Positions 50,166 through 63,019 of a DNA stretch of 64,000 nucleotides are shown here, in pieces. Both the position numbers and the translations under genes were made by a program. The notes under the pieces were generated by a model. That model ran no database searches, was not told where the DNA came from, and saw nothing but the letters and a program-made list of their open reading frames with translations. The stretch is from Parasitella parasitica NRRL 2501 (lineage: Eukaryota > Fungi > Mucoromycota). The stretch spans positions 1 through 64,000 of the forward strand of contig MU619308.1 of assembly GCA_025201805.1 (NCBI GenBank). The letters are read 5' to 3'. Numbering within the stretch: position 1 is the first letter of the stretch; every line of letters starts with the position of its first letter.

Positions 50166-52020
50166 CTACGCAGTTGTTGTTGCATTGCTAGCATCAGAAG
50201 AATTTCTAGCACCAAAGAAGGTCAAGATGTTTTCAGATGATTTCTGGAACCACTCCTTTACGCCTGACAAAGAAGCGTGACCAGTGTCGCCATTGACAGC
50301 AACAGAAAAAGGAATAGAGAGGTTCATTCTACCAGCAAAATCCTTGATCGTGGCCAAATCAAAGTTATCAGGAATGGCATCGCCAACTACATTAGCGGCA
50401 GCTGAATCAACAGAAGCATTTGTGAAGGAACTATTACTGTTGATAGCGGAGCCCATTTGAGAAATTAGATTGGCACCAACACGAGGTAAGGATTGATCCC
50501 AAGCAACATCCTCAGTAATCATATCAACAATATCGTCGATACGATTGTTTACAACAGTAGGGTTTGTCAATGATTGAGACATGTTTACCAATAGTTGTTC
50601 GAATTGCTGTTTGAATTCAGGGACCTCCAAAATCTGTCTCATCAAGGGACGATTACCCATACCAGGGAAAGTACTGTAGTTACCACTCCACATATCGGCC
50701 AGCTTGAAAATCGTAGAACCCATAGTAAGGTCCATATCAGATGGAATGTAGAAAAAGTTACCAGCTTTAGGATTTTCATAGAGATAGTAGTTGTCAGCCA
50801 TGCTATTGTAGCCATCCGAGAAACCCAACAAGACCTCTAAGGCCATTGTACGAAGAAAGCTGTCGGTGTCCAACTCCTTTTTCCAAGCAGCAACAGCACC
50901 CGAAGAATTTGTTGGGGCAGTAGAGATGAACTTGGTAAAGTCCATCAAAGGCTTGAAGTCGTCCTTCTTCTCCTTGGCAGCCTTGACCTTGACTTCGTAT
51001 TGACCGTCTTGGTAGGCGGTGATATTGTCATAATAGGACAAATCAGAAGTATGATTGGCAGCAGATGAATTTGCAGTCGCGAAAACAGCCTGATACAGAT
51101 TGCCATTCTTGTACTTGCTATTACCATTGTCAAAGACATTAGCCAACCAGGGATTGTGAAAAGTGTCAATCAGCCCAAACAAGCCAAGCTCACGATTGTT
51201 CAAAAGGACACGGACATAGCTGAATTCAGAAGAAGCAAGACCAGATGATTTGATAATGTCATACGCCATGCTTTCACGAATATAAGAAGGATCAGTATTC
51301 AAAGCTCTAAGCTTGACACGTCTGTAACTGTAAAGTCTATCATTTTTGCTCAACTTGACATTGTATGAAAGCTTCGGCATCCAGCGAGAACTACGACCAG
51401 CCAAAGAAAGAGTTACACCTTCATAGGACAAAGTTTCATTCAAAGTAACATAAGTCATGTTCGTGGGGACATCGATATCTTCAGTGCCACTGCTGTTATG
51501 CATATTGTCAAGGAGGGTTTGGTTTCCAGTCAAGTGAATAGTAGGGATTTCACCATCTCTATGTAGTTGAGAGCTGATACGTTTAATTGCAGGCAAAGGT
51601 TCGAACATAGCAGGCAATTGAGTCAATTCCTTGGAGTTCCAGCTACGTTTGAAGAACTCATTCGCGGTATCGTTTTGAGAGGAGGAACGCAAGAAGGGCT
51701 CGATTTCTGTATTATTGTTTTCCTTTGTAATCTTGACATATCTGTAACCAGATGTAGCAATAGGAGCTCGACCTGTATGAAGGATAGTGACATTTTCGTT
51801 GCGAGTCAATGGATAAGTGACATTGTCGATGGAAACACCCATAGAATGTGTCTCATTCAACAAGTTAATGACACTATAGTTGATGACAGAAGCATTCTGC
51901 GATTGAGCACTTGTAAGGGCAAACAGGCTGAGAACTATTGAGTGGAATCAGTTAAAACATATAAGCTGTGGTTGGTAAATCAATATATTTACAAAGTGGC
52001 AAAGCTTTAATGGACACCAT
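50166..52020 (-). CDS. cotH: CotH-family secreted kinase / spore-coat protein, 2 exons
   Basis: Signal peptide MVSIKALPLFLSLFALTSA; LAGRSSRWMPKLSYNVK; VKLRALNTDPSYIRE; YVRVLLNNRELGLFGLID; DGYNSMADNYYLY; YIPSDMDLTMG; EDVAWDQSLPR. Confidence 0.93.
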
Positions 52021-52845
52021 TTTCTTACTTTTAACAGATGATGTCCGGTACAATGTTAACCATATCCCTTTTTATACCACATTTCGGAAAAGGGAAACTT
52101 CTACTGAAAGGTTTGTTTCATTTTCGGGCCGACAAGGATATAAAATCCAGCTTGTTCCTTGAAAGTTTTAGTGTGTATAAACACTGCTAAAGATTACCCA
52201 GTTGGTTTCTACTCTGTATCACTCCCTGGATGAGTTTTAAGCGGTATTCTGCCACATGATTCATTTGGCTGACAACATGATTACAACAGATGTCGAACTG
52301 TTAAATTATATGATTTGACATGAAAATGCTAGAAATGAGTTGAGTCAAACATAGATCAAACAGCCAGAGATCTTTCCCATTAACTTGTTGAATATCATGG
52401 ATCCACACGAATGCCAGTATTAAGCTCCCATCAGTAATAACCTATAAAGTGATTGCCGCGGGTAGGCAACGCTAAACCATTCAAGGATGTCTTATCGGGT
52501 TACATTACCTGATTTTTTCTGTATCTGAATAAATCTTATGTGTTGGATTCATGTGCTTCGTTTCTAGATATTGTTATTCTACATATAGCAACTATCGTTT
52601 AGAACTAGGAAACATAAAGTTGTGCGGATGATGTCTCACGAAGCTTGATCCTGGTTTAAATTAAAACGGTAACTATATATGCAACCATTGTGGTATCTTT
52701 GAAAAGCGAGTGAGTGTTAGTCGACGATAGACGGATGGCACCCAATCAAAGCTCGTGTCTCATTTCAACACCACCTTTTTGCGTCGCTCTTCCTTGCCCC
52801 AAAATTTCTTTTTTCTTTCTTTTCACTTATAGCCTGTATATCTAA

Positions 52846-53475
52846 ATGCAACCAGAGGATACTATATCAGCACATGTGCGTCAATCAGCTGAAGCCAAAT
52901 TAAACGAGCTTTTGCAAAAGTTGTTCGAATTAAGTGTTATTGTTTACGATTTTCAGCCTGATGGAAATAAGCTTGTTTGGAAGAAAATGTACTAAAATAT
53001 GAAATATCTACTATACCATTTCTAATAGAAACACATGATAGTAATGATATTATTGAACATTATAAGGAATTAGATGATTTAAAGGATGGTATTGACTCTT
53101 TTATACCAGAAGAAGTGATAAAGTAAGATTGATTCTGATTGTTTATCGGAAAACTTGATCGCTGATGATAAGTTTAGTTTCGTAGAGCACGGAAAAAATC
53201 CAGACATATTCACTCAAGGGTTTGTGGAAAGAGCAGCTACAGAGAATCAGTTTACAAATGGCAAAATCAAAGCTGTTGGCGTAAGATAGTCGAATAATTG
53301 CTAGTAAATGTGTTTTTTTTTTGTATTAAGCTCAATGCTTGAACAGGAATTTCGACAATTACTCACAGAGGAATTCACCAAATCATTCCCTGATCTGTAC
53401 GAGAATAATGCCAACACCATGCTAGAATCTCAAGAGTCAGTATCGACCACACAACCAGAAGCTCAATCCGAGTAA
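52846..53475 (+). CDS. MED10: Mediator subunit Med10/Nut2, 4 exons
   Basis: LLQKLFELSVIVYDFQ; IPEEVINFVEHGKNPDIFTQGFVERAATENQFTNGK; FRQLLTEEFTKSFPDL. Confidence 0.93.
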
Positions 53476-53883
53476 AATATAAATATTATAGATGCTGATC
53501 GTTGTTGACGATCAAACAACATACACGTACACTCACATGAACGCATATTACAACTATATTCATATATATATATATTATTTAAACAATGGTGCAAAGAGAC
53601 AGAACTCGTCTATATGAATCAGATATCCACAAACAGACAAAATAAATCATGAATTAGATACTATTACCACCATTTTCGAGACTACAAAGTCATATTTCAC
53701 AGGGATTGTGGGGGGGGGGATTAACGTTTTATATACTTGTTTTTTTGGGCATGGATTTCAGTTTAGGGCTAGATGTGCTGTATACGTTTTTTTTTTGCCT
53801 TTAAATGATGGGATATTTTTAATTCAACCACCATATTTTTTTAGTTTTCCCTCTTCCCCCGCTTTCGTTTATTTAATTATACA

Positions 53884-55694
53884 ATGTCTTTTAACGATAT
53901 ATCATTGACAGATGATGACCCTCTTTTCAGGGAAACACATTATGCGCGCTATGGTTATGAGAGAACGTAATAAGATAGTTTCATTTGCACGCCATTGCTA
54001 CTAATCCAAGCTTTTGTAGGAATATTTTCGGCCTAGTTGCTTTGGATTCACGATTGCTTACCTACTTGGATAGACCTGACGAGTTCCCATCTGCACGAAT
54101 TGATAAACTGCCAGCAGAAGCAGCACCTGAATATACCCAGCGTAAGCTCAAATTCACAGCGACAAACTACAAGTACACAATAATTGACCTAGACCAAAAG
54201 CGCTATCGAAGCCAGTTCGACATTTTCTAGCAGCCTCCTTGTCAGAGCTTACAGCGTTCATCTCTCGTGATGGCTACTGGAACTGTTTGTGTATATCTCT
54301 TGGATTGGAAGCAGGAAAATCAGAAGTGATAGCCATTGATGCAGTTGAATCAAGCGTAGATGATAAGATCAGCTTATTTGTCGCACTAGCTGTAGCTGAA
54401 GTAAGTGTAGGATATGTGTCTTCGAGACCTAGTATCATGTTTATGTCTTTTTATACTTGTAGAAATCTGAAGAGGACGAGAACGAAGAGTCATCATTTTC
54501 ATATACTCTTAGGATCTATGGAAGCGATACAGAAACGAAACCGTTTTTAGAGCAAGCATTATTTGCAATTGGTGAATCTAGTCAAATTATACCATTATCA
54601 TCAGCGCCAATGCAGATATCCCATGTGCAGTAAGTGGCTCTTGCAAAATCTCAATCAAGGGTCGAGGGATTAACCTTAGCGTTAGAGTCAACAATGACGG
54701 CCAATTGCAAACAGCATTTTTACTGACATCGATGGACGGTATCATACACTTTTACATTCAGGTACACCTTTGCATTTCATTACCACTTGGGTTGATTTAT
54801 TCATTGTTTCGAAACAGAACCCTCAGACACATCAATTCGTTGAAATGTCTTCGTCCACCTTTTTCCCAATGATGGGCAAAATATCCAACCATCGTACAAA
54901 GTAATACTGTTGAATTGAAATACCAGAAAATTCTGTATATTTTACAATTTTTATAGTATATTATTCATGCATATATTGGACCAACCAGATGGAAAACGTG
55001 TGGTATGTGCTGGGGGACAGAATGGCGAACTGTTTCTTGCGTTTTACAACAAGGACGGAAACGAGGTGAAATCGCATGCTATTCGAATATTCAGTCCCAT
55101 AACTTCAGTGTTGGTATTTCAACCGAGAGCTTCGAATAAGAGTAGGTCAAAGCAAAATGTTATATGGCCCTTATATTGATTTGATGCGTAGCTCGCGAAG
55201 ATGATGAGCTGCATCTCGTAGTTACTTGTGCCATTGAACAAGCTATTGTATACAGATCTATCGAAACAGACGGCCTAAGTACCAGCAAAACACTGCCTCT
55301 GTCTGGTAACTTTGACAGTGTCTTGTGCTCTCACGTAATGGACGTGGACTGGGATGGAGAAAAAGAGATATTGATCGGAACATACGGCAGACAGGTACTG
55401 ATCTACAAACAAGTGTCAGGCACACAAGTGTACACAGTGTTATGGAAACGACAATTTGCATATCCGATCTATCGCATGACGCATCTTGATCTGAACCGTG
55501 ATGGGCTGGATGAATTGGTAGTAACCACAATGTACGGTGTGCATATATTCCAACCGAATATGAAAAAAGCCAGGGAAAAGCTACTAGAAGTGCTCCAATA
55601 CGTGGAAGCATCTAAACGACAAAAATACGAGCTTTTAATTGAATATCAGCGACAAAGAGAACTGGAGAAATCAATTGTTTTTGAAATAAATTAA
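53884..55694 (+). CDS. KPTN: Kaptin (KICSTOR subunit) homolog, FG-GAP-like beta-propeller, multi-exon
   Basis: FRETHYARY...TNIFGL; HFLAASL; EVIAIDA; FSPITSVLVF; HLVVTCAIEQAIVY; FDSVLCSHVMDVDWDGEKEILIGTYGRQVLIYK; WKRQFAYPIY; HLDLNRDGLDELVVTTMYGVHIFQPN. These parallel kaptin as recalled from memory. Confidence 0.85.
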
Positions 55695-58476
55695 CAGCAG
55701 GTGAAGTATGTTCTACTCTTTACGATTTCTATGGTTTCCATCACCACAGTAACTCGCTTGGGCTTTTGTTCTCGCTGTTGTTCATATTGAGAATCTAAAG
55801 AGTCAGTGTCGTTATTGCGGTCTGAAATATCGCCATCGCTATCAAATGCTCTATATCTATTTTTGCTCTTCTTCTTTTTACCAAACAATCCAGCACCTCC
55901 AAGATCCATCGATAGCCCGCTTTTCAGCTTGTCTTTCCATTTCCTTTCATGTCGGGCAGTGGTAGCAGTGACTCTAGGGAAATAGCCTGCTTCAAGATCG
56001 ACGTCATCTTCATCTTGATCCTCATCCTCATCCTCATCCTCATTATCGTTATCGTCGTAGAATGGTGAGCTAGCTGTAGAAATAACGTCGAATGACGTGG
56101 ACCTTTGAGTACGTAACCTTCTTTTGGATTTTCTAGAGTTTTTCTTCGGCAGAGCATCCGAGATATCTAAGGCTCCTGACGATGATGCGGCTGGATTGGA
56201 AGCAGGTGTTTGTAAATGTAAGCCTCTGCTCTGTAAAACATGGTCGTCATATTCAATCAACACTTCCTCTTGATTGATGACTACACGTTGCATGGCGACC
56301 AAATCAATGGGTCCTGCCGCAGGATCTTTGAGCGTACGAATAATGTTGTATCCCTGGCCCTTGAGCACAGCCATTTGTTTCTGAAACATCTTTTCATCGA
56401 AATCGTCGTCCATTTCAAACAAGGCACGCATTTCCCTAACTGTGTCTCTCCACCAAAGAGGGTCTGATAGAATGGGCAAGAATTGCTTGCGAGTAGCCTC
56501 TGAAAAGGGCCGATTCACGAGTGAGTCAGGCATAGCTATCCAGCCATATGGGTAGGAGCGCCATTGATCTGGGTGTTTGTAAGGAAACGCAAGCCCGTTA
56601 TCGATAGCTGCAACGTGAATGTGTCCCCGTTGCTGTTGCTGCTTGGAAGGTGCCTGTTTGTTGCTTTGTTCATCCGCATCTGAGCAGTGGCCACAGCTGC
56701 TACTTTCGCTGCTATCGCTGCTTGAAGATGGTTGATGGTAGTGATGGTGGTGGTGGTGTTGGTGGTGCTGCGATTTAGGCGGACAGTATTTAATCATCCA
56801 ATTATCAAGGCCTCGGTCTATGCATGCTATCAAAACTTTGCCATCTGTTTGTTTACATGTACTCATATATACCTGTGTTACGGATGAGGTAATCCAATAT
56901 GACCAATTGCTCAAACTCACGGCGAAATTGTTGCTGTAGCTGTAGAGTCCATTTAAAGTCTTGCTTGGCGTTGTCGACGTTTTTGTGGGGCTTCTTGTTG
57001 GATTTGTGGGTGGTATCATGAGGGTATGTATTTGACGTTGCGGTAGTTGTGGGTGTTGTTGGCATGGGAGTGTTGGCTACATGCGTGTGGTCGCTGTCGT
57101 CTTCATCTTGCTGCAATTGATGAGGGTGAATATTATACAAGACAGTGTTATCCTCGTCCAGATCATCGTTTCTTCCGAGACAGCCGCCCCAAACAGAGCT
57201 CCTGCTCATTGCTCTACTGTCTACATAATCGTAGTCGTGGTAGGGATGGTCTCTGAAGAATACAGTAGCATCCTTGTAGTCTGTGAGAAAGCATTGAAAG
57301 CTGCCAATTTTGGGCGGCAATCCCTGTTGAGAGCGCCTGTCGAGGTAGTCGTAGTGGAAACTAGGCGATGATATGTGAATTACATCTGTATATGGTACCA
57401 CCATGGTGCCTAACTTCCGATCAATAAGAGAAGCCGCTGCTTCAGACAGATAGCCCAAGTTTGGAATCAAACAGGATCTGCCAAAAAAACACGGAAACAG
57501 ATGACGATGGATCCATTTTGTCCATTTGGGGTTTAAGCGGCCGTAGGGTTCCTCGTTCTTTGGCTTGAATACACCAACAATTTTGCCAGATGAATTTCTA
57601 CAAAAGTAAGATCCGCTGGAGCCTTGGCTGATGCGAGTGGGCTGCATGTTGCTTTCAATGGCTGTTTGAACAGACTGAACGATTTCTTTGAATCTCTCTT
57701 CTGTTTCAGGTATAGGGTCAGAAAAGTGCTGCGGTTTTGTTGAGCTTAATCGCCATTGTATTACGAAACATGTGAAAAAAAAAAGAAAGAAAACTTACAC
57801 GGGCATTGGCGTCTTCGTCTTGCTCCTTGTTGGTGCTGAACAACGGCGATATTGTCATGGTGTATGGTTTGTCTTGTCCCCCTGCTCCTTCTTCTTCTTG
57901 TTCGCTGTCGGGGGTCCATTTCACAAATACAGAGCAGGTAACTTGATCAGAGGGGTCTATTTCCTCATCGATCAGCACCTCAGCAACCGAGTTGTTTGAT
58001 GAAGCAGGGTGTCTGCTCTCTCCAATCCCGTGCTTCCCTCTGAACCGTCGTTTGTGTATTATGACCCATCCTTGCTCGTTCTTTGCGTCTGATCCATCTT
58101 GTTGCGATATTTCAGGAATGTTGCCGTTTTGAAGGTCTGCTATGATCACAGGCGGTAAAGAGGAGAAGGAGGCGGTGGATGCCATGTCTTTTCTAAACAC
58201 AATCGGCAGCTTTGTCTGAAAGAATCTACGCGTAACATGGGTAGCAGCAGAAAACGAGGCTCGTGGCGAATGAGGAGGAGAGTGATGGGGAGTAGTTGCA
58301 GGCAGGTTCTGGGATAAAAGCGGCACTACGTTGCAGTGACCATGATGGTTTGCCACAAGCACAGAATTCGGATGGTGGAATGTCTGCTCGCTGTAGTACG
58401 CTTCGTCTTCTTCGTCATGCTGCTCTAATCTGCTGTAATCGCCAGCGCCCGCCGACGGGTTGTGCCGTTTAAACAT
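55691..58476 (-). CDS. LSB6: Type II phosphatidylinositol 4-kinase
   Basis: PTRISQGSSGSYF; GVFKPKNEEPYGRLNPKWTKW; FPCFFGRSCLIPNLGYLSEAAASLID; PPKIGSFQ; LVILDYLIRNTDRGLDNW; VAAIDNGLAFPYKHPDQWRSYPYGW; ends YFTCC. Confidence 0.96.
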
Positions 58477-58837
58477 CTGTGTTATGGAGAAGAAAGGAAG
58501 GGAGGAAGAAAGGAAAAAGAGTGCTGTGAAACTAGGGTCGAACTGAGTATTTATTTGCAACAATAGTTGTTGTTGTAGTTGTTGTTATCTGTTCAAATGG
58601 TTGTGATTTGACGACGGTCCTAATGCTATTTACATGATGCATAATCATAAACAATTCCGTACATGTTGCACTGAATGGCATCCGTATTGGTTCCCTGCAA
58701 TAGAGTTACACTTGTAACATGTCCATATGCTGCAGCTAGTTTAAGCTCAATCTACATTAAAGAGATGCTAATTGCAAACTCTAGTATTTCTGTTCTATTT
58801 TACAAGCTGTTATTTTTTTTTCTTTCATTTTTTCTTT

Positions 58838-59506
58838 TCAATTTGCGTAGGCCGGTGGCGGCGGCAACAGCGTTACAACGGGATGTGTGTGGTCTTTGCT
58901 GTTGTTTTGTATTTCAAAATAGCAGCCCTCGGGCAATGGATGCGACTGATCCAGCAGCTCTCGTCTTCTTGTTCTGCGGTCCAGAATGTATTGCTCCAGG
59001 TCCATGATTCTTTTGGCTTCTCTGCGTCGTTTGCGAAATGAAATTGATGCGCAAATTAGATAGACAAACAGCAGTATCCACAGTGCCTGAGAACCATTAG
59101 GCCCTGTAAACACCGATACGCATCCAACGAATACCAATACAATGGTCCATATCAGAAAAGGCGTGCCTCTAAATTGACTCGATATACACGACTGCAATGC
59201 ATACTTGTATTTGATCTTCTCTCTACCTCCCTCCTCCTCCTCCTCCTCCTCGCCGGTATTCCAGAACAGCAGCCTGTCTAGATAGCTATTGCGAGTATTC
59301 TGTCGACTGTAATACTCTGCCAACTCTTGCACAGCCTCCAAATGCAATCTCTCGCTTTCTCCAGTAGAAACTGTCTGGCTTCCATGACGTACCAAGTAAG
59401 ACGGTGGTCTTGACAGGGCTTGTAAGTTAGGCTCTTGATGGTCTTCTGCGGATAGTGGTGGGAGAGCAGAATAATGCTCAATCCTATTCGACTGTAACTG
59501 GCTCAT
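58838..59506 (-). CDS. Uncharacterised 2-TM membrane protein with PY motifs (single exon)
   Basis: 222-aa ATG ORF. Two hydrophobic helices followed by a basic stop-transfer segment (RKRRR). PPSY and PPAY motifs. Confidence 0.75.
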   Translation of the reverse strand: MSQLQSNRIEHYSALPPLSAEDHQEPNLQALSRPPSYLVRHGSQTVSTGESERLHLEAVQELAEYYSRQNTRNSYLDRLLFWNTGEEEEEEEGGREKIKYKYALQSCISSQFRGTPFLIWTIVLVFVGCVSVFTGPNGSQALWILLFVYLICASISFRKRRREAKRIMDLEQYILDRRTRRRELLDQSHPLPEGCYFEIQNNSKDHTHPVVTLLPPPPAYAN

Positions 59507-60671
59507 GTGCTTGTATTCTGATAAATTGAAATATATGAAATCAAGAAAAAAGTAGATTGAAGGAGACCAAGGCTATTAATAATGTATTCATGGCTTAGAC
59601 CTGTAGATAAATAGCTCCAGTTTGTTTAGAGTGTACAGTATATATATATGTTCCGTTTGGAAAAACTGTATATCCGACAAACCAACCAAAAGACGAATGC
59701 GCATTTATAGATTCATCATGATGAATTACCCAAACACCGCTGTCAATCCTATGTAAGCGAGTAAGCTTTCCACTTTTTAAAGCATTGCTAAAACCTGAAA
59801 AACTACCATGTCGAAATTGACTGCAGTGCACAAAGTTTATCGTTGCCGAGATGCGCAGCCCTAAACAAAGAGCTAAGCACAGGGTATTCATTCACCCAGC
59901 TTCTTTGCTCGTACAAGTCAAACTCTTTTGACAGCCCAGATATATAAAGGGAAGCTCGATGTCACTATATTATAAGGCTTGCTTGTCAAGCACCATGATC
60001 AGTTTACTTGTGCGGTTATCTTGCTAGGCCATCAAATTGACGATATTCTCATGTATACAAAACATCCTGTTAAATAAGACACCTTATCGAAGCAAGGCCT
60101 CCAAGACAGGATTGCATTCAAAAACTTGAGCACATCAACAACTATCAAATGCTATATTAATTGGCAGCCTGTTATGGCACAAGAACCCAATTCCATCCTT
60201 CGTTCATGATATCACGTTGCAAATGATCGATTCAACAATTTTTTTTTTCAACCTGAATCAAAAGTTTTTGCAATAATGAGTATATTGTTCACATATCAAT
60301 ATTTTTGGTTTTATTTTCACTATTGTACTTTGCATCATTTTGATTGATGTTTTTCTATAGAACTTTAGGGTTGCTATGGCCACAAATGGAAGTATGGATT
60401 GCCAGTGAGGAGAAATTTGTAGAATTGCCTCGATGACTAAATTATTGTAAATGTGCAGCATATACTATCGATTTGCAAGCTATAGTCCTAGTAGGCCCAC
60501 TTTGTAAATTATCTAATCGATGATCTGGGCATTTCTCTCGCGTCAACCGGAATTGATTTGACTCATAGGTGTTTATGATTGGGTGGTACATCCGAGATCC
60601 CCACAACATAAAATACAGTTCTCTTTCCCTCTCTCTTCGCTGTTCAATAACTTTGGTTGCCTTTTTTATAA

Positions 60672-62738
60672 ATGAGTTTTATTGTTGACAACTTAAAATA
60701 CTTGGACAGCCACTTCACTAACGTCTGTCTCCCTCGTCTCAGAAGCAACAAGAAAACGGTTGTAAGCATCAGTGCTGCTGTTACAGTTTCTCTTCTGGCC
60801 CGCTACGTCTATCGATTGCTTACGGTCCCTCCTAAACAGTTTGATGGCCTCCCTTGTATTACCTACATCGACCTTCTCAAATCAATCTTCCGTGGTGATC
60901 GCATCTACGATCAAAAGAAACGTCTCGCTCTCCCTCTCCTGGATAAAGGAAATGGTGTGTTTGTGGTAAGTATTGAATGGCTCACCCCTTCCCACAACAA
61001 AAGTCCTAACTAGATCAATTCCCCATATAGGAGCCTACACATGTTGGCTGGCAAATCAGATCAACAAACCCCGTCATTAACAAGTTTATTTTGAATGATT
61101 CTGGTATGTTTTCAAATGCAGTTGTCTCGCGCATGTCTCTCAATTGAAAAATCACGCACTAGAGTTATTTCCAAAGGCTGACAATATGTTTGGAAGAGAA
61201 GGAAGCTTAGTTTTTAGATTTCTCGGTGGCAAACATGTTGGTTCTCTCGAAGGCGCTGAATGGAAAAGACATCGAAAAGTAAGACGAGATAGCACGCATC
61301 AACTATATGAGTCTCGACTGATATTTCGAAATAGATCATCAACCCTGCTTTCCATACGGCTCTTCCGATCAATACATTTGGTCAGTTGAGTCAAAAAGCG
61401 TTCAAGATGATGGAAATTCTCGGGTTGGAAAATCTTTGTGTAACTGATCTTTGTGGAAGGATGACTTTGGATGCCATTGGTGTTGCTGGCTTTGGTAAGA
61501 AGGCTTCTCTTGCCACATTATTACAAGCCATATACTAACGCAGATCCAGGGTTTGACTTTGAGTGCGTTTCCGTCGTGGATAATAAATGGCTCGAGGGAT
61601 ACGATAATATCAGAACTAATCTTGTGGATATTTTCTTCATCTTGTTCCAGATATTTGATGACGAGCTGAAATGGATGTTTCCTCATAGAGTCTCTGCACA
61701 TAGAGATCTAGATAGACTTTTAGCCAATATCGACAATGTTATTGCCCAAAGAAAAGCCGAAATGGCTTCAAAAGATCAAAGAATTTCCAATGTGCCTGAT
61801 GCTGAAAAAGATATCCTAACACTCATGTTGGAGGCAGAGCAGCAAGGTGATGGCAAGCTTTCTGATTTGGAGTTAAGGGTATGCATGTCTTCTACTGCTT
61901 TTTTGTACACATACAAAGTCTAATTTATGCAACGTAGAGAAATATTACGGGGTTTTTCCTTGCCGGTATGTAAAACTTGCTGTCATCAACAGCTTGCATG
62001 AACTCTAAACAATTTCAATGTATTAGGCCATGATACCACCGCTGTATCACTCTCTTTTGCAATTGCTCAAATGGGACGCAATAAAGATATACAAAGGAAG
62101 GCAAGAGAAGAGGTGATTTCTATTCTCGGTGATGACACTGAAGACGTTTTCCCCACAAAAGAGGATCTCAAAGAAATGAAATACCTGGATGCTGTTATTA
62201 AAGAGGTTTTTATATTACAAAGCCATGCCCACATTATTTCTCTGCTGACTAAAGTTTGCAACCATCTAGACCCTTCGCTTAAACAGCCCTCTTATCAATA
62301 CATTGACTCGAGTTGCCTCAAGAGACGTGGAGATTGAAGGCTTGAAAATCACTAAAGGCACCTGTGTCGATGTCGATATTACTTCTACTCACATGAGTTG
62401 GGAGGATGGCCAAGAATTCAAGCCAGAAAGGTTCCTTGGAGCAATCGACCCAGCTTCACATAGAGACGGTATCAACTTTGTAACATTTGGTGGTGGAAGC
62501 CATACCTGTCCTGGAATGAATTTCAGCTATGCTGAGCAGCGTGTTTTCTTGTCTATGCTTTGTGAGTATTAGTGTCTGGTTCATTTTATTCTAACGCTAA
62601 ACTATATATTTTATATCAGTGCGTAAATTTGAGTGGGACTTGCCTGAGGACTCAATCCATAAAGATGGGTGTATAGCTGAAGGTTTTGGCAGCGTCAAGC
62701 CCGTGGATGTCAGGGTTAATATGACAAAGAGATACTAA
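60672..62738 (+). CDS. Cytochrome P450 monooxygenase (about 9 exons)
   Basis: N-terminal TM; EWKRHRKIINPAF; MTLDAIG; I-helix FLAGHDTTA; KETLR; FKPERF; heme motif FGGGSHTCPG. The frame looks intact across the introns checked. Confidence 0.95.
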
Positions 62739-63019
62739 CTATTATTTAATATAAAATGTAAACTAATAAATTTTGTTCTTCTGTGTAAGTGGGGGATTAC
62801 AATACCAAACTGGCTGTTGTGCAAGATCAAAAGTAGAATTGCCTGATAAACAATTTCTTCATTTTTGTCATAAAGATTTTTGGTTTTTTCAAAGTATCAT
62901 GTATAATTTAATCATGATAATCCAGCGGAAAAAAAGTATCTACCAGATTGCCCAGATCGTGGCAGCATCTGACATGTATGAAAGATAGCTTGGTTTGCTC
63001 TTTATGCAGAGCTATTGGT

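Noticed and set aside
60672-62738. P450 (with GDH and the phosphatases) as part of a biosynthetic gene cluster
   Set aside because: There is no backbone enzyme (PKS, NRPS, terpene synthase) or transporter nearby, and the neighbours are housekeeping genes.
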